Assembly (NCBI GenBank): GCA_043800905.1
Contig: JAZDMO010000013.1
Span: 1 to 56,017, forward strand
Direction of reading: 5' to 3'
DNA length: 56,017 nucleotides
From: Patescibacteria group bacterium
Lineage (GTDB): Bacteria > Patescibacteriota > Minisyncoccia > Phycocordibacterales > UBA12079
Part shown: one piece after another, positions 49,296 through 56,017 of the stretch
How positions within the stretch are numbered: position 1 is the stretch's first letter
Layout: every line of letters begins with the position of its first letter
Notes under the pieces: model-generated
The model's database searches: none
The model's input: the letters and a program-made list of their open reading frames with translations, nothing else
What the model was told of the DNA's origin: nothing
Translations under genes and position numbers: made by a program

Positions 49296-50354
49296 TTAAC
49301 TTATTAAAGAAATTACCATTCCTAAAATAGCAAAAATAATTCCTAACACCCAATATCGCATTGTGACCTTATAGCTCGGCCAACCTAGAGCCTCAAAATG
49401 ATGATGAACAGGAGCCACTAAAAATATCTTTTTTCCTTTTCTTGTTTTTTTAGAAATAACTTGAAGAACATCAGAAACAACAGTAGCAAAAAGAGGAAAA
49501 GCAATCACCGGTAAAATTAAAACCTGACCTGTTAAAAAAGCAACTACCGTTAAAGTAATGGTTAAGCCTAAAATACCAGTTTCTGACATATAAAAACGTG
49601 CTGGCGGAATATTGAACCAAAGAAAAGCTAAGATCCCGCCGACAACCACCGCACAAAAAGCGGCTAAATCTATTTGATTTTGAAAAAAGGCAATTCCTGC
49701 ATAGGCTGAAAAAATTGTAGCCAATACCCCACCAGACAAACCATCAATTCCGTCGATCACTCCACTCGCGAACAAAGCCAACATGACCAACATAAAAAAA
49801 GGAATAAACAATAAACCTAATTCCCAACTCCCCCAAAAAGGAACGTGCACTGATGAAACTCCTAATTTAAAATAAAACCAAGCAGCTCCAATTAAACCAA
49901 TCCATAATACAATGGAAATTCTTGTCTTTAAAGAAAGACCGCCAGCAATATATTTTCCATTACCAGAAACTACCAAAATATCATCAAGCAAACCTACTAA
50001 AGAGCCCGCAATTAAAGTAAATAAAGGTAACCAAGTTTGATTTCGACTCATAAAATCCATTTTTTGAGAAAAATCAGTTGGAAATAAAATTGAAATAAAC
50101 CAAAAAACAAATATAGTAAACAGAACGCTCACCCAAATGACTACCCCTCCCATTCTCGGAGTATTGGTATCTTTTTCTTTATGTAATTCATTAAAAATAG
50201 GAGTACCCCCTCCTCCCAAACCGGCAGCTTTCCCAGACTTTTTTTTCCACATTTTATATTTATATAAATAATGAGTTAAAAAAGGAGCAAAAGCTAAACC
50301 CGCAAAAAAAGAAATTACCCAAGGTATAAAAATTTTAACAACATTCATTATCAT
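49296..50354 (-). CDS. mraY: phospho-N-acetylmuramoyl-pentapeptide transferase
   Basis: TPRMGG, GLLDD, DGIDGL, WFNIPPARFYM, APVHHHFE. Confidence 0.96.
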   Translation of the reverse strand: MIMNVVKIFIPWVISFFAGLAFAPFLTHYLYKYKMWKKKSGKAAGLGGGGTPIFNELHKEKDTNTPRMGGVVIWVSVLFTIFVFWFISILFPTDFSQKMDFMSRNQTWLPLFTLIAGSLVGLLDDILVVSGNGKYIAGGLSLKTRISIVLWIGLIGAAWFYFKLGVSSVHVPFWGSWELGLLFIPFFMLVMLALFASGVIDGIDGLSGGVLATIFSAYAGIAFFQNQIDLAAFCAVVVGGILAFLWFNIPPARFYMSETGILGLTITLTVVAFLTGQVLILPVIAFPLFATVVSDVLQVISKKTRKGKKIFLVAPVHHHFEALGWPSYKVTMRYWVLGIIFAILGMVISLIS

Positions 50355-51340
50355 ATAAGTTTTTGAACATCTCGATTAAACTCATTTTTTAAACTAGCCC
50401 AAATAAGTTTTTCTACGTCGCTAAAACGCTCTTCTTTTGTAGAACCTAAAACAGAAATAATTATTTTATGATTCATTCCTAGATCAAAAGCCATTACTAA
50501 ATTTCCGCCAGCTAAATCGGTATAACCAGTTTTTGAAGCTACCACCCCCGGAAGTCTGTCCACAATAATATTTGTATTAGAAATTTCATGTGTTGCTATG
50601 TCGGAATTAAGAACTAAATTTCCATAAGAACTCGCCTCTAATAAACTAGGATATTCCCTTAAAATTGTTTCCATTAAAATAGCCATATCTTTTGCTGAAC
50701 CATAACCGCCACTAATATTAGCATTAACATCCAAGCCTGATTCGTTTAAAAAATAAGACTGTCTCATTCCTAAATTCTTCGATTCAGTATTCATTTTATC
50801 AATAAAAGAACTCGCCAAATCTAAATTAAAATTTTCATCGTCCACAGCGAAAGCACTCTGAACAGAAGCTAAGGCTCGAGCCCCATCATTAGAAGATGTC
50901 ACCAAAACAAAATCCAAAAAATCTTTTAAGTTCCACCTTTCTCCTAAAACTAAACCGCTGTCGCCTTCATTAGCTAAGTCATTTTCATCAATTTCTACTA
51001 AAGTTTTTTCTGGATTTATTTTAGAAGCAACTAAACTAGTCATTAACTTAGTTAAAGAAGCAAGTGGAAGTTGAATCTCTCCATTCAACTCAGCGATAGT
51101 TTCTCCAGTTTGAAGATCTAAAATATAATAAGACTTAGCTGATAAAGCTAAATCCTTAAAAAGGTTTTCCTTGGAAGGATTCTCCATACTAACCAAAGCG
51201 GTTTTATCCAGCATTGATTTTTCGTATTCTAATTGAAAATATAAAACCGTTTGTAAGGCTAAGAAAACCACCCCTGAAAAAACTAACATTAAAACTGTTA
51301 CTACTATCTCTTTTTTTGTTATTTTCAATTCAATATCCAT
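50351..51340 (-). CDS. D-Ala-D-Ala carboxypeptidase, S11 family
   Basis: ASLTKLMT, SSND, KTGYT motifs; N-terminal anchor. Confidence 0.93.
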   Translation of the reverse strand: MDIELKITKKEIVVTVLMLVFSGVVFLALQTVLYFQLEYEKSMLDKTALVSMENPSKENLFKDLALSAKSYYILDLQTGETIAELNGEIQLPLASLTKLMTSLVASKINPEKTLVEIDENDLANEGDSGLVLGERWNLKDFLDFVLVTSSNDGARALASVQSAFAVDDENFNLDLASSFIDKMNTESKNLGMRQSYFLNESGLDVNANISGGYGSAKDMAILMETILREYPSLLEASSYGNLVLNSDIATHEISNTNIIVDRLPGVVASKTGYTDLAGGNLVMAFDLGMNHKIIISVLGSTKEERFSDVEKLIWASLKNEFNRDVQKLI

Positions 51341-51343
51341 TTT

Positions 51344-51511
51344 TTAAATAATTATTTTAAATTCAAAAGAAGCTGTTTTTAAAAGATTCCTTTCATACTG
51401 TAATTCGTAAAATAAAATAGTCTGAACAAACAAAAAAAATAGAACGGAAATAATCATTAAATAACCAGCTAATCTCAATTCTTTCTTTTTCATTTTTAAT
51501 TGAAAATTCAT
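51344..51511 (-). CDS. 55-aa membrane microprotein paralogous to the N-terminus of the downstream carboxypeptidase; not in ORF track
   Basis: MNFQLKMKKKELRLAGYLMIISVLFFLFVQTILFYELQYERNLLKTASFEFKIII. Confidence 0.7.
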   Translation of the reverse strand: MNFQLKMKKKELRLAGYLMIISVLFFLFVQTILFYELQYERNLLKTASFEFKIII

Positions 51512-51545
51512 TTTTTTATTTATATTTAATTATAATCAAAAAAGA

Positions 51546-52136
51546 TTATTCAATATTGTTATTAATCATTTCTATCTTTTCATATTCTTTTTTAACTTCA
51601 TCATATTCTGGAAGTTCTTCAATTTTTGAAATTCCCAAATAAGATAATAAATTAAAAGAAGGGGCATACAAATAACTTCGTGAATCTTGTGGATTATCTT
51701 TTTTTTCTATCAACCCTCGAATGTATAAATTCCTTAAAATAAAATTAGAATTTACTCCTCGAATATAATCAATATTGGCTCTAGTTATGGGTCCTTTATA
51801 TAATACTATGGATAAAGTTTCCAGACCAGCCGAGCCTAAATCCTTTACCAATTCTTCTTTTCTTAAAAATTCTATTTTTTCTGACATTTCAGGAGATGTT
51901 CCTAAAGATAAAGAATCATCATTTTTTAACAAAACAAGGCCTCTATCTTCTAACTTATTTTCTAAAACCAAAACAGCGTCTTCTATTTCTTCAAGACTTG
52001 TTTCTAAAATTTTAGCTAATTCATTTTTTTTAATTGGTTCTGCTTTAAAAAAAAGAATTGATTCAATTTGTGCTCCTAAACTTAACATGATTTTAATTGA
52101 TAGTTTTTGGTTTATAGAAGAAAATATTTTTTCCAT
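51546..52136 (-). CDS. scpB: SMC-Scp complex subunit ScpB (start may be 52088)
   Basis: IESILF, LETLSIVLYKGPITRANIDYIRGVNS. Confidence 0.95.
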   Translation of the reverse strand: MEKIFSSINQKLSIKIMLSLGAQIESILFFKAEPIKKNELAKILETSLEEIEDAVLVLENKLEDRGLVLLKNDDSLSLGTSPEMSEKIEFLRKEELVKDLGSAGLETLSIVLYKGPITRANIDYIRGVNSNFILRNLYIRGLIEKKDNPQDSRSYLYAPSFNLLSYLGISKIEELPEYDEVKKEYEKIEMINNNIE

Positions 52137-52187
52137 AAAAATTATTCCTTCTTAAATCTTAATTCCTAAATTTTTTCTCTTTATTTA

Positions 52188-52946
52188 TTAATTGTAATCG
52201 GGAGTTTCTATTCGCTGGTTTTCCATTTTAATTTCTCCAAAACAGGCTTCTTGCTTTACAATCAACATTCCCTGCTTAACTAATTCCAACATCGCTAAAA
52301 AACTAACTACCGCATTTATTTTTTCTTCCTTAGATAAAACTTTTTTTTCAGCGGTTCCTGAAAATTGTCCAAAAGTAAGAGAAAAAGAGTTTTTTATTCT
52401 TTCACTTAAATTTTCAATAACCTCTTCTAAAGAAATTATTTTATCCACCAAAGCTTTCGGAGGAACGATTTCCTGAGGAATATTTTTTAATAAATTCTTA
52501 ATAGAAAATAACAAACTATTCTTCTTAATACTTTTATCTGGAGAAAAAATTACTTCCTTCTTATTATTGGGTTCTCGAAAAAAAATAATATTTTTAGCAA
52601 ATCTTTTTTGTACGTGTTGACTGAGATGTTTAATTCTCTGATACTCTTTTAAACGATTTTCTAAATCTTCAATACTTTGTTCTTCTTCCCTGCTCAAATC
52701 TAATGTAGGCAAAAGAGATTTTGATTTGATTAACATTAAAATAGAAGCGGTTAAAACAAAATCGGCTGAAGACTCAAGAGAATATTCTTTAATTTTTTCT
52801 AAATAACGCATATAATCATCAGTTATTTCTCCTAAAGAAATATCAGATATATGCATTTTCCTATCCTCTATCAAACGCAACAATAAATCCAGAGGCCCCG
52901 AAAAGGCTTCCAAATTCACCTTGTATTTTCCGTCCGAAAGCGGCAT
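52188..52946 (-). CDS. scpA: segregation/condensation protein A
   Basis: FSGPLDLLLRLI, IKSKSLLP, FLAMLELVK. Confidence 0.95.
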   Translation of the reverse strand: MPLSDGKYKVNLEAFSGPLDLLLRLIEDRKMHISDISLGEITDDYMRYLEKIKEYSLESSADFVLTASILMLIKSKSLLPTLDLSREEEQSIEDLENRLKEYQRIKHLSQHVQKRFAKNIIFFREPNNKKEVIFSPDKSIKKNSLLFSIKNLLKNIPQEIVPPKALVDKIISLEEVIENLSERIKNSFSLTFGQFSGTAEKKVLSKEEKINAVVSFLAMLELVKQGMLIVKQEACFGEIKMENQRIETPDYN

Positions 52947-53065
52947 TTAAATATTATACACTGTTTTTTAATTTAAAAAATAAAAACTGTTTAAAACTTA
53001 AAACTCTCCGAACATAAAAACGGGGAGGTCGAACCTCCCCATTTTTATATTAAAAAATAGAAATG

Positions 53066-53145
53066 AAAAAAGCCAGAATTCCCGAAGGAAAACTGACTCT
53101 TTTCATAGTACCTAAGTAATGGCAAGCCATAACTCAAGTACTTCC
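53066..53145 (-). ncRNA. candidate small two-hairpin RNA
   Basis: TTGACT(53171-53176)-16-TAATAT; hairpin AGTACTTGAGT-TATGGC-TT-GCCATT-ACTTAGGTACT followed by a terminator-like hairpin. Confidence 0.4.
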
Positions 53146-53184
53146 TATATATTAGCAGAAACTTTTTCAAAGTCAAGCTTTTTT

Positions 53185-53652
53185 CTATGAGTTATCCACA
53201 GTTCCTTTTCTGTTACCAAAACCATTTCCTCTTCCTTCACCCATTCCTCTACTATATCCATCCATAAGTCCAAAGCTTCTGTTAATCCCTAATTCATCAA
53301 AAATTGCTTTGGCTCCATCAAAATCACCGTTCATCATCAACAAATGCGCTTCTGCAAATTGACCATAATTCTCTTCTGTAATTTGACCTAACATTTCTTG
53401 ATGTCTAGTTTGCATTCTTGCCACCTGTTCATTAAAATTCTGATTTTCTTGCGCTACCCATTCTCCATAAGTCCCATTTTCAAAAATAGATCTCATTTGA
53501 GCTTGTCTCGCTTCACGAATTTGTTCCATTTCTGCTTTACGAGTTTCTGAATTAAAATTAGAAACCTCGTTTCCAGCTAAAGCTGTACTAATACCAGCCG
53601 TTAATAATAAAGTTAGCACTGCTAAACCTATAATTTTGTTTTTATTTTGCAT
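53185..53652 (-). CDS. secreted helical protein with Gly-rich tail
   Basis: Signal peptide (ALA-G); GDFDGAKAIFDELG; GRGNG tail. Confidence 0.8.
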   Translation of the reverse strand: MQNKNKIIGLAVLTLLLTAGISTALAGNEVSNFNSETRKAEMEQIREARQAQMRSIFENGTYGEWVAQENQNFNEQVARMQTRHQEMLGQITEENYGQFAEAHLLMMNGDFDGAKAIFDELGINRSFGLMDGYSRGMGEGRGNGFGNRKGTVDNS

Positions 53653-53773
53653 ATAATTTAAATCCTTTAATTTATAATCTATAATTACAATAAACTGTAA
53701 TTTATTGTTGCAGGTGTCCTACATCTATTATTACGAGATAAAAGATTTTTTCTTTCAAAAAATAAAAATCAAT

Positions 53774-54604
53774 TTAATATTCTATCGTTCGATGCATTCT
53801 TCCTTCCATCATTCTCGGCATCATCCCTCTCATATGTTGATTCATTTCATCAAAAATTTCTTTGTTAAAAAATTCCATGTCTTCCATTATACGTCTCATC
53901 CCCTCAAAAGGTCTTAACATATCTGCATTGAAACAGTTTTTTTCACATTCAAATTCTTCTCCCACAATTTTTATTCTAGAGCCTTTTCGCAAAATATTTT
54001 TAGGAACAAGTCTTAAAATATCATCGGATAAAGAAATTTCCCAAATAACCCCATTTTCATCTTCTAAAACCATTTGATTTTCATCGACACTTAAAATTTC
54101 TCCTGCCAAAAAACCACTTTCTGGTTTTTGCCAGATTCCCACTCGCGGATCCATTATTTGATGATAAGGAGCAGGGATTTTTTTGAAAACTTTTTCATCA
54201 AAAAAACCAGCCAAACCAATATTATAAAAAGTTAAACCCAACAAAAAACTTGCCACTAGAGTTCCCCCTAAAATTACAGAAAGATGATATTTATAAGCCT
54301 TTTGAGTTTTTTGAATATTCAAATAAGCCACTAGCATAAACAAAATTAAAAAAATTATCCAAAAATAAGGCAACGTCAAAACCACAAACTTAGTCATACC
54401 GTCACTTAAACGCATATATAAATCCCAATCATTATTTAAAAGAGTATTTAAAATAACCGCCACTGAAATTCCTCCAATTAAAATTGATAAAACAAAAGCT
54501 CCCCAAAAAAAAGAATCTTTCAAAACAAACTCCCATTTGGGGGTCGGAGAAATTTTTTCCTGTTGAATTTTGTTTATTATTTTTTCTGCTAAGTTATTTT
54601 TCAT
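53774..54604 (-). CDS. 3-TM membrane protein with C-terminal OB-like domain, possible anti-sigma factor
   Basis: Follows the ECF sigma gene; three TM segments; GFLAGEI...GSRIKIVGE. Confidence 0.7.
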   Translation of the reverse strand: MKNNLAEKIINKIQQEKISPTPKWEFVLKDSFFWGAFVLSILIGGISVAVILNTLLNNDWDLYMRLSDGMTKFVVLTLPYFWIIFLILFMLVAYLNIQKTQKAYKYHLSVILGGTLVASFLLGLTFYNIGLAGFFDEKVFKKIPAPYHQIMDPRVGIWQKPESGFLAGEILSVDENQMVLEDENGVIWEISLSDDILRLVPKNILRKGSRIKIVGEEFECEKNCFNADMLRPFEGMRRIMEDMEFFNKEIFDEMNQHMRGMMPRMMEGRMHRTIEY

Positions 54605-54638
54605 ATAAATTAATTTGTAAAGTTATAAAGTTTTCTCT

Positions 54639-54770
54639 AGATCGCTTCGTTAGAAGATTTTTTAAATTTTTTCAAAAATTTAAAAAATCTTCTACCTCGC
54701 GAAGACGAACCAGAGGTTCGTCATTGCGAGATTTTTGTCCGCCTCAGGCGGACAAAAATCGTGGCAATCC
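54639..54770. repeat. REP-like doublet with nested hairpins
   Basis: GATCGCTTCG...CCTCGCGAAGAC-GAACCAGAGGTTC-GTCATTGCGAG...TCCGCCTCAGGCGGA...CGTGGCAATCC. Confidence 0.8.
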
Positions 54771-54795
54771 ATTTTTTAATTTTTAATTAATTTTC

Positions 54796-55374
54796 TCATA
54801 TTTTTATATTAGATTTATTTAATCTATCTAAAAATTGTTTTTTTGCTCTATTCAACAAAGTCGCAATAGTTCCTTCCGGTTTTTTTAAAATATCTGAAAT
54901 TTCAGCATAACTTTTTTCTTCCAAAAATCTTAAAATTAAAACTTCTCTGTATTTTAAATCCATTTTTTCTAAAATTAAAAAAACGTCTTTTTTTAAATCT
55001 TTCAAATTTAAATCTTTTTCTAAATCCCAATCATCAGCTAAATTTTTAATGAATTCTTCTCCCTCGTTATCAAAACGAACAGCGGTTGTTTTATTTTTAA
55101 ATTTACGATAATTAGAAATCACCTCATTATGAGTAATACGATAAATCCATGAAGAAAATTTCAATGAAGTGTCAAAACCATTTAAATTTTTATAAACCTT
55201 AATGAAAACATCCTGCAAAACATCTTCCATACTGTCTTTGTCTAAATTAGAAATTCTAGCTATATAACGAGAAAGCTTTTCTTCATATCTTCTTACTAAA
55301 TATAAAAAAGCATCTTGGTCTGTTAAAACCAAGCCAACCAATTCTTCATCTGTTTTTTGTTCTATATCTTCCAT
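54796..55374 (-). CDS. ECF RNA polymerase sigma factor
   Basis: EDVLQDVFIKVY, FSSWIYRITHN, SYAEISDIL..PEGTIATLLNRAK. Confidence 0.95.
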   Translation of the reverse strand: MEDIEQKTDEELVGLVLTDQDAFLYLVRRYEEKLSRYIARISNLDKDSMEDVLQDVFIKVYKNLNGFDTSLKFSSWIYRITHNEVISNYRKFKNKTTAVRFDNEGEEFIKNLADDWDLEKDLNLKDLKKDVFLILEKMDLKYREVLILRFLEEKSYAEISDILKKPEGTIATLLNRAKKQFLDRLNKSNIKI

Positions 55375-55391
55375 AAATAAAAATTATAACA

Positions 55392-55883
55392 TTACTCATA
55401 CCTTAAAGCAGTAATTGGATTTAAAGAAGCAGCCCTTTTGGCTGGATAATAACCAAATACAATCCCAATAAAAGCCGAAACACCAAAAGATAAAAAAATA
55501 GACCAAGCAGTTACCAAGGTGGTAGTTCCGCTTAATTTAGTAATAAGTATCGCTGCTAGCCATCCTAAAATAATTCCAATAATTCCACCAACAAAAGTCA
55601 AAACAACAGATTCTGATAAAAATTGAATAATAATGTCTTTGTTTTGAGCGCCTAAAGATTTTCTTAGACCAATTTCTCTTGTTCTCTCTGTGACAGTAGT
55701 TAACATCATATTCATAATTCCTATTCCTCCTACAAGCAAAGAAATTCCAGCGATCGCTCCTAATAAAAGAGTTAATGTAGTCGAAACATCCGACATAGTG
55801 TCTAGAATGTCAGCTTGATTCATAATCGAAAAATCTGCTTTATCAAGATCACTAATTCCATGTCTAGTCAAAAGTAACGTTTT
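55392..55883 (-). pseudogene. MacB/FtsX-type ABC permease, C-terminal fragment cut by an IS
   Basis: IAGISLLVGGIGIMNMMLTTVTERTREIGLRKSLGA...NPITALRYE; the N-terminal part is replaced by a transposase tail. Confidence 0.88.
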
Positions 55884-56017
55884 CTAACCAATAGCTTGGA
55901 AACACTCTGTTAATAATTGGCTCGGTGTTTTTAAATCAATTCCCATATGTAATCTATGTTCGTTGTAGTATTTTAAATATTTTGGCATTTCTTTATTAAC
56001 AATATTAACATTTCTTT
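55884..56017 (-). mobile_element. IS481/IS3-type (rve integrase core) transposase C-terminal fragment
   Basis: Minus frame RNVNIVNKEMPKYLKYYNEHRLHMGIDLKTPSQLLTECFQAIG*; YNxxRxHxxxxxxTP motif. Confidence 0.85.

Noticed and set aside
1-56017. Prophage, defence island, retron/DGR or alternative genetic code
   Set aside because: No phage structural, integrase or reverse transcriptase genes; conserved genes translate full length under code 11.

Overview
AT-rich bacterial chromosomal segment. Gene content and protein style point to a Patescibacteria/CPR (Parcubacteria-like) genome using genetic code 11; this is inference from the short IF-2 and DnaX, the NusB-Nudix fusion, the Gmad2, RNHCP and DUF4446 proteins, and the absence of biosynthetic genes. 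Both ends run into insertion-sequence transposase tails: IS30-type on the left, and IS481/IS3-type on the right, where it interrupts a MacB-like permease. The window is therefore probably a whole contig. It carries scattered housekeeping genes (rpmA, rplI, cysS, dnaB, recR, rplU, clpB, infB, rbfA, rpmG, argS, dnaX, rnc, nusB, rpmF, dnaE, murJ, mraY, scpAB), 7 tRNAs, a HicAB-like pair and an ECF sigma locus. The intergenic DNA is the most interesting part: (1) two tandem, independently transcribed, homologous ~180-200 nt pseudoknotted non-coding RNA candidates between cysS and dnaB with compensatory base changes; (2) short structured elements behind four tRNA genes that carry an inverted, and usually also a direct, copy of that tRNA's own 3' end; (3) an inverted-repeat-bounded one-gene cassette with an attC-like insert; (4) a 23-bp-TIR, 8-bp-TSD MITE family carrying REP-like palindromes; (5) about 16 stand-alone orphan genes with a strong Shine-Dalgarno, most also with their own sigma70 promoter and terminator, whereas the core genes look leaderless. 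No CRISPR array, rRNA, integrase or reverse transcriptase was seen.
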